Below are positions 1-11,849 of a DNA stretch of 64,000 bases, in pieces. The DNA lies in the NCBI RefSeq assembly GCF_006345805.1, contig NC_042998.1:121644001-121708000 (forward strand), read 5' to 3'. Under the pieces are notes generated by a model. That model made no database searches and was not told the origin of the DNA. It worked only from the letters and a program-made list of their open reading frames with translations. Position numbers and translations under genes: made by a program. Positions within the stretch are counted from its first letter, which is position 1, and every line of letters starts with the position of its first letter. This stretch comes from Octopus sinensis. Its lineage: Eukaryota.

Positions 1-197
1 ACCTGTGTCGGTGGCACATAAAATCACCCACTACACTCTCGGAGTGGTTGGCGTTAGGAAGGGCATCAAGCTGTAGAAACACTGCCAGATCTGACTGGCC
101 TGGTGCAGCCTTCGGGCTTGCCAGACCCCAGTTGAACCGTCCAACCCATGCTAGCATGGAAAGAGGACGTTAAACGATGATGATGATGATGATGATA
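1..197 (+). mobile_element. 3' end of RTE-type LINE or RTE-tailed short element, (GAT)n tail
   Basis: ggagtggttggcgttaggaagggcatc...ccatgctagcatggaaagaggacgttaaacgatgatgatg; same tail as the RTE copies at 15051 and 38810. Confidence 0.8.
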
Positions 198-711
198 ATT
201 AATTTTGCCACATGAGTAAAACACTTCAATTCATTCATTTCTTAAATGTTACTTTATTCATTTTTTTTTTTAATGTCGTAAATATGAATGATAAAAAACA
301 TAGGAACAGAAAAATTAGAAGTTTCTAGTTTGCATAAAGTTTGTTAATAGTAATTTTAGAATTTAATTTTTAAAAGCAATGTCTTATTTAGTATGTTTAC
401 CACAAATAAATTACCAGCTGTATATTTCTAAACAAAGTTACATTAATGCCTCTTTCTTTTAAGCATCAATGATTTACTTTTGTGACAAGCTTTTTAAGCT
501 GTTAGATTTCTTTCTCCAAATTAATCCATATTCCCTAATCATAATTTTTAATTACCACTTCTTTTTTTTTTCTTAAATGCATCAAGATCAACTATCTTTC
601 CGACAGAAAAATTGCCATAATTACTAGTGGTTGAAGGGCTTTCAAAGAAATTAATTTGTATTGATTCGGAAACAAGTAAGCTAAACCAATAGCTTCCACA
701 GGAAGAGTATA

Positions 712-980
712 TACGTGGTCTGATCAATAAGTATCCGGACTGTTGCCAAAGTAACGAAACTAAAGCACGCAGAGGGAAGCCACTTGGCACAGATTGACAT
801 TGAACTCTGTTGTGCATGCACACAAAGTTTTAACATTCTAGCTCACTTCTGCTGTTTACAGCAGTGCTTGGAAAGAAGGTGTGTAACATGTGGTTGTCGC
901 ATTGACCATGACAGAGAAAGTTGAGCAGAGAATCTGCATCAAAGTTTGCTGAAAGCTTGGCGATACGTGTTCAGAGGCCA
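712..980 (+). mobile_element. 5' fragment of a mariner element
   Basis: TA then TIR-like CGTGGTCTGATCAATAAGTATCCGGAC; ATG at 908 gives MTEKVEQRICIKVC*KLGDTCSEA, the mariner N-terminal EQRxxIKFC pattern. Confidence 0.65.
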
Positions 981-1559
981 ACTTCTTTGGGTTGAACAGG
1001 TTGATGAAGATACACTTCAGAAGTATGAGTTGTCATTGCCGAAGTAGATGGTTTAATTAACATTGTATAGTGTACATGTGGATAGCATTGTAGGCTGGGA
1101 GAATAATAACTGAAGCAAACTCATGAACATTTAACTTGACATAAGGATATTTAGTATTGGCTATTTACAATGAACAATATTAATAATTGCTGAATGGGTG
1201 AGAGAAAAAAGCTGCATCTGTAGAAGTTACTGATGAGACATTGTGTGAATATTCAGAATGGGTCTGTCCAAGAACCTGGAGCTATCAATGCAAATGTCCA
1301 GAACCATCTGCATGGCAAGAGAGGAGGCACACAAATCAGTCAGACGCCTTCAACATTCTGCAAGTTAAAGCATGAAAATAGTTTTTATAGGGAACAAGAA
1401 GTCAAATTTTAGAATATTCGAGAAAACCATTTCATGCTGATTGAATCGATTTATAGACCAATCACCTGAAATTGGTGGCTCACTCATGGTACCCAACTGA
1501 GTATCTAGTGGCTAGGGTTTGAATCCCTGCTACATAATGAATCTCTCTCAATACTTATG

Positions 1560-1960
1560 ATATTTCCTAAAATAAATCTGCTCATTTGATGTAGCTGTGA
1601 CAGAAGGATTAATTATCCATATCTAATTTGTCAAGACTTGCTGATGCTTCTGAGGTAAATGTTTCAAAATTGTAGTCAGAAATATGTCCTTAGGTATTTC
1701 CCCAGATAAGGTTGTTTTTCTTCCAATCGATTTTCTTTGAGGAAGCTTTGTAAAAGTGGGAAAATGGAGCTATTGCTTTTATAAACATTACTATATAGCA
1801 TGATGATCTTCATTTTTATGCTTCTGTTTTCCAAAACATATCGCAAATAACCACCCCTTTTCCATTGAAATGACAAATTGAACTGATTCTTGGATTTTTC
1901 TTTCAAATGAATGGGGAAGCCTTTGTTATCTTATAGCTGCAGTACCATCTGCAGTCACAA
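1560..1960 (-). pseudogene. Old hAT (Buster/ZBED-like) transposase relic
   Basis: Minus frames give NQFNLSFQ...KMKI...NSSIFPLLQSFLKEN and a frameshifted WIINP, resembling the central Buster region. Confidence 0.4.
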
Positions 1961-2061
1961 CAACACATTTACTCCAAGATAAGGAACAGAAGGGATGAGG
2001 ACAGTGGAAGTAGGTTTGAGAACAGACGTGACTTGAAAGCAGAATCATAGAAGGTTGAGAC

Positions 2062-2730
2062 CAGTGGTTCCCAACTAATTTTTGGCCATGCCCCACTGAA
2101 ACATTTCTGTGATATTTGATTTTTGTTATTCAAAATTTTACTACTATTCACTTGGAGGAAGCTTAAAAGGTTATTAACTTGGTCTCTAAACAAGCTTCCA
2201 AAGAACATGGAATTCATGAAAGAGAAAAATATAAAAAACAGAAGGACAGTTAAATAAATAAAGTTGCAAAACATTGTTGTGGAGGACACCCGCAAGCCAG
2301 AGAAGTGGGCTGTTCATCTACAAATAAATAGTTGACAGACATAACAAGTCAGCGAGGTATGCCATTAGGCCAGTCGGGCCGACAACAAAGTACGTCATCA
2401 TAATACTACACTAAACAGTGTCGAGCAAGACACAGAGAACTGAAATGCAGAAATATAAAATAATTGAATATAAAATAAGTAAACTAAAGTTAGTGAGATT
2501 CTTGTGCTTCATGCCGGCTACAGAGAGATTTTATATTAGGCACCAATTTAGTCAGCTTAAGTCTCAAGTCTCCTTGTTTAGTGATATCCAGTCGATTTCT
2601 TTTCTTCAATAACAAATCATTTACAACACTAATGCCACATTCAGCTAAATATGAAGATGGGAATGGTAACAACAATTTTCTTGCAAAGTTGGTTGAATTT
2701 GGGTATTTGGCTTATCACAAAACCATGACG
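2062..2730 (-). mobile_element. 3' part of a hAT (Buster/Charlie-like) DNA transposon
   Basis: AKYPNSTNFARKLLLPFPSSYLAECGISVVNDLLLKKRNRLDITKQGDLRLKLTKLVPNI (hAT dimerisation domain; ORF 2490-2675) and terminal CAGTGGTTCCCAA at 2062. Confidence 0.8.
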
Positions 2731-2742
2731 TCACTCCTTTTA

Positions 2743-3100
2743 TCTCTCTATATATAAAACTGAGAATGTGTGTCTGTCTGTCTGTCTGTGTGTTTCCCTA
2801 AAACTTGAGAACTACTCAACCAATTTCATTAAAATTTTACACATGCCTTACTTAAGGTCCGGGGAGTGTCATCGGCAAAAAGAAATCTTAACTTTTTCCC
2901 TAGGGCGACCCCACAGCAATATCATATCTTCTCCACTATTTCAGTATTACGTGTTAAAAGTGAAACAAAAACATCTCTTTTGTAATGCAGACACTTTCAC
3001 TATTAAAGTGAAAATATTATATAACAAGGATGAACCATTAACAATGGTCATCCATTTTGCTAGAAGAAGATCCGCTATGGTCTTATATGCTACACCACTG
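2743..3100 (+). mobile_element. 5' portion of a non-autonomous Helitron
   Basis: a|TCTCTCTATATATAAAACTGAG followed by a (TGTC)n tract; resembles the 5' ends of the 51207-54715 units; no 3' hairpin-CTAG found. Confidence 0.5.
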
Positions 3101-3758
3101 GTTTTCAATTCATATTAATCAAATTAATATTCAATTTTTCATCCTTATGTGTGTGTGTGTATTAGCAATTCGTATAAAATTGCATTAATGGCTTGAACTT
3201 GAATAAGTGGTTTCACATAAATGGAGATAAATTAGAAAGGTTTGTTGTTATTATTATTACTGTTTGACTATTGTAATTACGTTTGTTGGTTCCTCGTCAG
3301 GGAAACGTTGTTGTGTTGCATTTGTTAAATAATTGTAAACCGTAACCCTCCCCCTTTTGGAGAAGGGGTTTTGGTTATTGTTTAAAAATTGAATTGTGTC
3401 CCTGTTTGGAGAAATTGACAATATTTTCACCGTCTTTACATAAGCATTTTTGTTAAAATGCCTTCGATAGAAGAAAGTCCAAAAATGAATTTCGCTGCAG
3501 CCGTACACTTCTATACAAGAGGGAGGACAAGATCCAATTGATTGAAATTGCGAGAGACGGGCCTACAATTCCAGTCTGTTATATATTTTGAGTATTGTTA
3601 TCACTAGCAATATCAAGATATAATTTTGTATTTTATGTGTAGATGTATATATAGATGTACATGTAATATGTACACATATATATACACATATATATACACA
3701 TATATACTTGCATAATATATCTACACATACGCACACACACACACACAAACACATACAT

Positions 3759-3900
3759 AGGGGCAGGTGTGGCTGTGTGGTAACAAACTACGTTCCAAAC
3801 ACATGGTCCTGGGTTCAGTCCCACTGTGTGGTGACTTAGTATGTGTCTTCTACTGTAGCCTCAGACCAATAAAAGCCTTCTCAGTGAATTTTGTACATAT
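3759..3900 (+). mobile_element. tRNA-derived SINE family A, 5' part
   Basis: ggctgtgtggtaa...gggttcagtcccactg A/B-box-like head shared with the copies at 7190-7575 and 7740-8438. Confidence 0.7.
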
Positions 3901-4019
3901 ATACAGGCATACATACATATATATACATGCATACGTACGTATTCAGCATAAACACTCTACCACTACAACTAATAACTGTAGGGAACACTTTCAAACCTGC
4001 CTTACATTCAAACCGGAAT

Positions 4020-5690
4020 CTCAACGCCCGAGTTTTCCATCTCATGTTAATCTCTCTCATGGAGCTCATACAAAAAGGGCAAGTCTTTGGGCCCATACAA
4101 TGTGACATGTACACAATCGAATGGCAAAAAAGGGGCCTTCCACATGCTCATATCCTGCTTTGGCTCTCAGCGAAGATCAATTCCAATGACATCAACAACA
4201 TTATCTCTGCAGAGCTTCCTGATCCAGCTTTAGACAAAGAACTATACGAAATAGTTAAAGCAAACATGGTACATGGTCCATGTGGGCGTGGATTCAACAT
4301 AAACTCACCATGCTTGAAGGACAGCATAGGTTCAAAAAGATTTCCAAGGAGGTTCCTACAAGAAACTCAGACAGGTGCTGATGGGTATCCATCATACAGA
4401 CGCAGAAAACCAGAAGACGGAGGTTTCACAGTAACTATCGGAAAGCACAATATTGATAATAGATGGATTGTTCCATACTGCCCACTCCTGTCAAAGTCTT
4501 TCAATGCCCACATCAACGTTGAGTTTTGCAACTCCGTTAAATCCATCAAGTACGTTTGCAAATATGTAAACAAGGGTTCTGACGCTGCAATGTTTGGACT
4601 TCAACAAGAATACTGCCAGGATGAGGTGACGCATTATCAGGTGGGATGGTACATAAGTAGCAACGAGGCTTTCTGGCGCATCTTTGGCTTTCCAATTCAC
4701 CAACGACACCCCGCAATTCAACAGCTTGCTGTGCACCTGGAAAATGGTCAAAGAGTGTACTTCACCGATGCTAATGCTTCTCTGTTGGCAGAGGAACCAA
4801 GGGATAGCACACTCACTGCATTCTTCAAGCTTTGTCAAGTGGATTCATTTGCTCAAACCTTGCTGTATCCACAGATTCCATCGTACTACACTTGGAATGG
4901 AAAAAAATGGGCCCCACGGAAAGCAGGTCAAAATGTTCATGAATACCTTGGCATTAAGTTTCACACTTGCCTTGGGCGAGTATACATAGTGCATCCCACT
5001 TAACAAGAGTGCTTCTACCTTCGTCTACTACTGCATGAGGTCAGAGGGCCAACGTCTTTCCAGGCCGTTCATGGACATGTCTGCACAACATACAGAGAAG
5101 CCTGCTATTGACAAGGTCTGTTAGAAGATGGTGCACAATGGGATGCAACTTTAGGAGAGGCTGCTTTATCACAATTACCTAAAAGTTTCAGGGCACTATT
5201 TGCAGTATTACTACAGGCATGTGAACTGTGTGATCCAGCCACTCTATGGCTCAAATATAGAGACAACCTGGCTGAAGACTTTCAGCGCCAAGCTCAACTG
5301 CTCTATCCTGACATGGAGAGTATCAGCAATGAAATCTATAACAAAACACTCATTGACATTGAAGACAGAATTGCTAAACTGGGTGGAAAGGAATTGTCGA
5401 CGTTATGGCCTGCCACAAGCATTCAGGTCAGGGTCAAATAGCCTTCCCACTGCTGTCATTCGTGAAACAACCTATGACACTCAAGCGCTTTCAAAGTACA
5501 TTGTTGAAAATAGCCTAAATTACTTCCAGACCAGCTGCAGGCCTACAGAACTATTCTTAACAGTGTACGCCAATGCGAGGGACGAATCTTCTTCCTTGAT
5601 GCTCCTGGAGGGACAGGAAAAACATTTATTACAAAGCTTCTCCTTGCAGAAGTTAGGTAGCATCAGGACATTGCAGTAGCTGTAGCCTCC
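4020..5690 (+). pseudogene. Helitron RepHel fragment (Rep plus start of PIF1-like helicase), disrupted
   Basis: HUH motif YTIEWQKRGLPHAHILLW, Y2 motif SIKYVCKYVNKG, in-frame TAA at 5001-5003 before QECFYLRLLLHEVRGPTSF, later frameshifts, Walker A FLDAPGGTGKTF at about 5592-5626. Confidence 0.92.
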
Positions 5691-5977
5691 TCTGATTATA
5701 TTGTGGGTAATTAAGTGATGGCAGAAAAATATGCTAAAGAAAGATTTGAATGATATTGAGGTGGACAAAAGATACATACATATATATATAAATAAAATAC
5801 AAAAATGGGACAAGAACACAAAACATCCAGACAAACGATACAAAGAAAACAAGGACGGCTCATTTGGAGTTTTCTTTCCTCAGTCGAGTTCCAGATTATC
5901 TTTGCAATTTCGGCTATGTATATATATGAGAGAGAGAGAAAGGAAACTCCCCGCCATCTTCTCCTAAATTTGTTTAA

Positions 5978-6413
5978 TTAAAAAATTTTTTTTTGCCAAA
6001 AATCCCCATTTTTGGATATGGAGGTTCCGGAAAATTGCCAAAAATCGGCATTGTGAAAATTCCCCACCCCCTTTCGCCCCAATTTCTTCAATTTTGACTT
6101 TATTCCCCAACACTAACCCTGACCCTAAAACCCTAACTGTAACAGAAATATTTTGAAATTTTTGTCTAAATCTTAATGTCTATTTTTCCGCATATTTACA
6201 AAAAAAAAATTCTTAAAAAAAATTTTATTCAGAATCATAATCTCTGCATTTTCCCACATATTTTGAAAAAAATAATTTCTAAAAAGAGTAAAAAAATGAA
6301 GGAAATGGGTGGGGGTGGTAATTTAAAAATGCCGATTTTTGCCAATTTTTTTGCAGATTCATATTCCCCATTGCCGAAAAATGGGGTTTGTGTTCAAAAA
6401 AAAATTTTTTTAA
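5978..6413. mobile_element. MITE-like element with about 95-bp degenerate TIRs
   Basis: Left arm and reverse complement of right arm share ttaaaaaatttttttttg..ccccattttt..caaaaatcggcatt..acccc; internal CCCTAA-like repeats at 6113-6137. Confidence 0.55.
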
Positions 6414-6754
6414 AGAGTGGCTGGGAGTCTTGCCAAAATGCCTATGTCTTGTCTTTCAAAACATAATGTTCAAGTTAGCTCCTGCTCCGAGATAATGGAC
6501 GATCGAGTTATCACCCCTGAAATAGTCGAAAGGAAAAAAAAAGAAGAAAATGAGTAGGAAAGTTAGGTTTAAGAGTCTTAATTTCACTCAGAAGTGGGTG
6601 GGTGGGTGGGGTGACATTACATTGACTAATAACCATAAAATGTTGCACTGAAAGTTGGCATATATATATATATGTATGTATGTATATATATATATGTGTG
6701 TGTGTATATATATATATATATATTTATATATGTGTGTGTATATATATATATATA

Positions 6755-7025
6755 TGTCCGTTGCCAGCCTCGCCTGGCCCCCGGTGGCACGTAAAAGCAC
6801 CATCGTGACCGTTTGCCAGCTCCGTCTGGCACCTGTGTGGGTGGCACGTAAAAAGCACCCACTACACTCATGGAGTGGTTGGCGTTAGGAAGGGCATCCA
6901 GCCGTAGCAACACTGCCAGATCAGACTGGGCCTGATGCAGCCTTCTGGCTTCGCAGTCCCCAGTTGAACCGTCCAACCCGTGCTAGCATGGAAAGCAGAC
7001 GCTAAATGATGATGATGATGATGAT
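6755..7025 (+). mobile_element. RTE 3' tail fragment inserted at a (TA)n tract
   Basis: Same 3' sequence and (GAT)n tail as 1-197. Confidence 0.8.
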
Positions 7026-7189
7026 ACGCCAACTTTCTGTGCAACACCTAGCATTGTAGGTGTTCTAACACCTGTCATATCTAATGACAGTTACAGTTTT
7101 GCTTTTTGGTAATTCATTGCTAAACCACTGCCTAATTCAATTATATATATACATTGGATAAAAGAAAATATATATATACATGTATTGTT

Positions 7190-7575
7190 CTACTCCTTTA
7201 CTTGTTTCAGTCATCTGACTGTGGCCATGCTGGAGCACCACCTTTAGTTGAACAAATTAATCCCAGGGCTTATTTTTTGTAAGGCTAGTAATTATTCTAT
7301 CGGACACTTTGGATGAACTGCTAAGTTATGGGGACGTAAACACACCATCATTGGTTGTCAAGCGATGGGGGAGGAGGGCAAACACAGACATACACTCACA
7401 CACACATATACAATGGGCTTCTTTCAGTTTCTGTCTACCAAATCCACTCACAAGGCTTTGTTCGGCCTGAGGTTATAGTAGATGACAGTTGCCGAAGGTG
7501 CCACGCAGTGGGACTGAACCTGAAACCATGTGGTTGGTACCCAAGCTACTTACCACACAGCCACTCCTGCACCTA
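7190..7575 (-). mobile_element. SINE family A, full length
   Basis: Reverse complement reads ggtgcaggagtggctgtgtggtaag...gactgaaacaagtaaaag. Confidence 0.8.
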
Positions 7576-7739
7576 TATATATTAGACAAAATGTGATAGC
7601 AAAGCCAAGGCTGTGAGGAGTTTTCAGAACATTTATAAGGAAAGAGATATAGATATAGTCTTACAGCTGTTTCTGGAAATGTCCTGAAAACTCCTCACAG
7701 CCTTGGCTTTGTTGTCTCATTTTGTCTAAGATATATATA

Positions 7740-8438
7740 GGTGCAGGAGTGGCTGTGTGGTAAGAGGTGTCTGTCACGAGATGTGTTTGTGAAAAGATGG
7801 AAGTCTGTAGCTTGCAAGCTGGGTATATTTGGCACCAGGTAAGTGTGGCCGGATCAAGAAGTAAAGGTTCTACCCAGATGGCTGGGTTCCTTGCCCTACT
7901 GTGTAATATTAAATTTGTAATCTTTATATTGTAAATACTGTACACATTATATTGTAAATACTAAAACGTTTTAAGCTACTACACCCTATATGTTTGTCTG
8001 TATTTGTATGTCCCCTCTATGTAACGCCTTAATGGTGAATTTTCATGAAATAAAGTAGCTTGTTTACCAACCACATGGTTCCGGGTTCAGTCCCACTGCG
8101 TGGCACCTTGGGCAAATGTCTTCTACTATAGCCTCGGGCCCACCAAAGCCTTGTGAGTGGATTTGGTAGACGGAAACTGAAAGAAGCCTGTTGTATATAT
8201 GTATGTGCGTGTATGTTTGTATGTCTGTTTGTCCCCCTAGCATTGCTTGACAACCGATGCTGGTGTGTTTATGTCCCCATCACTTAGCGGTTCGGCAAAA
8301 GAGACCGATAGAATAAGTACTGAACTTACAAAGAATAAGTCCCGGGATCGAGTTGCTTGATTAAAGGCGGTGCTCCAGCATGGCCGCAGTCAAAATGGCT
8401 GAAATAAGTAAAAAGAGTTAAAAAAAAAAAGAGATATA
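7740..8438 (+). mobile_element. SINE family A with 18-bp target-site duplication, interrupted by a 290-bp insert
   Basis: TSD ttgtctaagatatatata at 7722-7739 and 8439-8456; head split at ggtaag|tagctt by 7765-8055; CORE-like accttgggcaa motif. Confidence 0.85.
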
Positions 8439-11400
8439 TTGTCTAAGATATATATATATATAATTTCTTATCCAAATTAACTATTGCTTAACCATTCTCT
8501 CACACCGTCTCCATTGAAGGGATATAATAAATATCCTGGAAACAGCTGTAAGAACTTCTATTTATAAATGTTCTAAAATCTTCACAGCCTTGGTTTTTTA
8601 TCTCATTCTGAAATTTTTTTTTTATATATACACATGCTGATATATGACCTATGTTGGACTCCCTATTTGCATAATCACTGAACCTGGAGCTTAACTATGG
8701 TCTATCCATTGCACTTACTCGGCATTACCTGACACCTTTGGGTCTTAATGATACCATTACCTCTCATAACTTATCTCTCCCTATATACATATGCATGCTA
8801 ATACAAGACCCACATTAGACTTCTCACTCCTATCACTATCGAACCAAGAGTTTAACTATGGTCTGTCCATATGTCCATAGCACTTACTTAGCATTACCTG
8901 CCACTCTTTAGGTCTTCTAGATACCAATCCCTCTCATATACATATATATATATATATATTATATATATATATATAAATATATGTGTACACACACAGTGAA
9001 ACACATTGTTTAAAAAATTGCACAGAAAGTAGCAGATTGAAAAATCACATACAAGTGGTGGGGGATGGTGGCAGTTGCTACAGCAGTGGTAGCGTAAGAT
9101 CTGTTTTGGCATTGGCTGGTGCTGCTTGTATGAATTGCATGTTTTGTCCCAGGTAAATGACTGAGATTGCAGTTACTATGTATGTATGCATGGTCTCTTG
9201 CATTGAGAAAACTGGTATATTTTGTGGGTATCATGCGTTTATAGATTTTACTTTATTTACAGTTTGCAGATTTATCACAGAGCTGTGCAGTATTCATTCA
9301 AATTGAGATGGACAGTGGTAGGAAGAAAGGCGTGATAGTAGCAGCAGTTATGGTTGTAGCAGTGGAATATTATGGCAATGATGATGATAATGATGGGTCA
9401 GAGTATTCAGAGAAAATGAAGAATGTGGATAGCTGGACAGTGAAGGGCTTTTCATTGCAGAGTTTAATAGGTCATCAATTGTGCTAGCTTTGAGGATTGC
9501 TGTCTTTGCTACTGTTGCTATCTGTATATACTTTAAATTTTGATGTGGCCGATGCTTTAGACCAGTAGTATATCTTTCAGAGAAATCCCTTGGGAATTTT
9601 ATGACCAGCTTCACCAGTTAACATTTTGGACTTTTTATTTATCTATTTTTGTCCTTTGTTTTGGGAAGGAATCTAACTTCAAGCAACTTTTTACAGATCA
9701 TTTTTTAGACACTATAGCAAAGTATGTAAGGGGTGCAAATTTTGATTTTGCACCCACTAAAAATTGTAGGGGGTGTGCTTGCACCCCGTTCCTGGGCTCT
9801 TGCGCATGGAAATCGCTGGCGAGTAACTGATACAGGAAGAAATAGATAATCTATAATGGAGTCCAACGATTCAATCCAGGATGAAGCGAACAGCGTACAA
9901 AACAATGAGAAGCAACAGAAACAGCTCCTCTTTTCTTGCAAAGCAACAAATACACAGCCTACATCTGGAATTATGGATTCCACATTATTTTACGTTGACT
10001 TGTGTAGGTTCATAGAACTTAAATCTAGTGAACAGTCATACCAGTCTCTTATGAACTGCCGACTAAGAGTTGTAGCCTTTGCTTGAACCTTTGGCACTCT
10101 ACATCTCTCTGGACTCATCTCACTCAATAAATTAAGAATTCTATGAGTACCTTTTACTTAAATACTTCAAAATAACTTCTTGGGTGTCGTTGGTCTTTGT
10201 CTCCCATTCTCTTTACTTACTGCTCCCCCTCCTCTTCCTACCTTCTTTCTACAATTCTAACTTCTCTCCTCACTGGCCATCTATATCACTTCCCTCTCAC
10301 ACTCGCCCCTAATCTTTTTCATAATCATTTACTTGCCTATAACCAAATCAACTGTATTCATTTTTTCTTCTTCACTTAGCTTTGATCAGTTGTTGGCTCT
10401 CTTCAAATCTCATTTGATTATTGCTTACATAATGAAACAGTTCTGTGATTACACACAAATATCTTCCTCCCCATAAAGTATCGTCCACTCCCAGTCGGTT
10501 GATCTTTCTTTAAGTCTGTCTAATTCATATTATCCATCCACGTAATCCTTGGTTTCCATCTTCCTATTTTCATATTCATTTTGAAGGCTTTTAACTGTCT
10601 TTGTAATCCATTCTTTCCCAAATTATTTTAATATTTTCACTTTGGTGGTGACTAATAAAATGTTCTGAGATTTTGTCATTCTTAGTCCTTCCTTATCAAT
10701 TATGTGTTCTGTTCATGCTGGCAAAGATTACTAGCACTCTGACATGCTATATTTTTCTTGTCTCTTTAACCAGCGGTATTTAATACTGTTAACTAAAAAT
10801 CTACTTATCAGTTTTGCCAGGCTTAGCCGATTCACCCACATTTCCTTCTCTTGTTATCTCTACCTCTTAGACCAGATTCTAGCACAAAATAATTTTATCC
10901 TAACATTTCTGTCCCCAAAATCAACTCTCTAGAATGTTTTACCTGCCTGAATTCTCTTCAACCTAACCTACAACTACATCGATCTCACTTGGAGAGGGTC
11001 TTCAAAGGTCATTGGTTTTAACATTCTTCTACGGGCTTATTATTTAACATCTGCCAAAAATATTGACCAAGGATTAATCTTAGAATGTATTTTCGCATTA
11101 ACATATGGCAGGTACTTTGATGTATAGTCAAGTCCTCATAAGTCTGTAGATCAGTTTCAATTCATACCGTTTTGCTTTTTTTGTGTAAACTTGAATATAT
11201 TCTATAATTAAAATTCACTGACTGACTTAGAGTGTATATTTATTTCTTCCTGTAGGGCCGAAAATTATTCTCGAGGGACCAGAAGAACATAGAGTTCTGT
11301 ATAATTGTAAAAAATTATTGTTGCATGTGAAACTAGTTTTTTTCTTTAGTCATCAGAAGGGCAGCACCTATGACCATTTAACAGCCTCTGAAACTGAGGG

Positions 11401-11849
11401 AGGTATTTAACATTAGCGCAGAAATCTAGCCCGAGCATTCAAGGGAAATTTGGTGGTGTTAAACACGGTCGACAGATTAAGTCTATTACTACCAAGTAGA
11501 AACTATCACTGATGGGATTTCATGGAGTTTCCATTTATCAAATTTCACCCACAAGGTTCGTTGATTTAAAGTTTGTTCAAAGGTCCATGCACTGGGACTG
11601 ACTAGAAACCACAATTTATAAATTAAATTGGTATGACATATCTGTTCTGAATTCACAGCGTTTTTGTTGAATTAAACAGAGGCGTATTTATATCAAGAAT
11701 TTCTTTAATTCTATTAGTTTGCTTAATTGAATTTCACTACAATACTAATTGGAACTGCAGATGGGAGAAGCTGATAAATTAACAGACTATCATTCCAATT
11801 GTCCAAAGTCTGTAGTCAGTTACTACTCTTGCATTATGTCCTTGATTAA

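Noticed and set aside
3280-3310. CTGACGA on the minus strand as a hammerhead core
   Set aside because: No properly placed GAAA and no stem I partner.
3759-3830. tRNA genes at SINE heads
   Set aside because: A/B-box-like heads run into SINE bodies, and no complete cloverleaf is seen.
9705-10086. Overlapping ORFs and the ggggtgcaaa/tttgcaccc hairpin
   Set aside because: No recognisable protein; more likely a transposon subterminal remnant that cannot be classified by eye.
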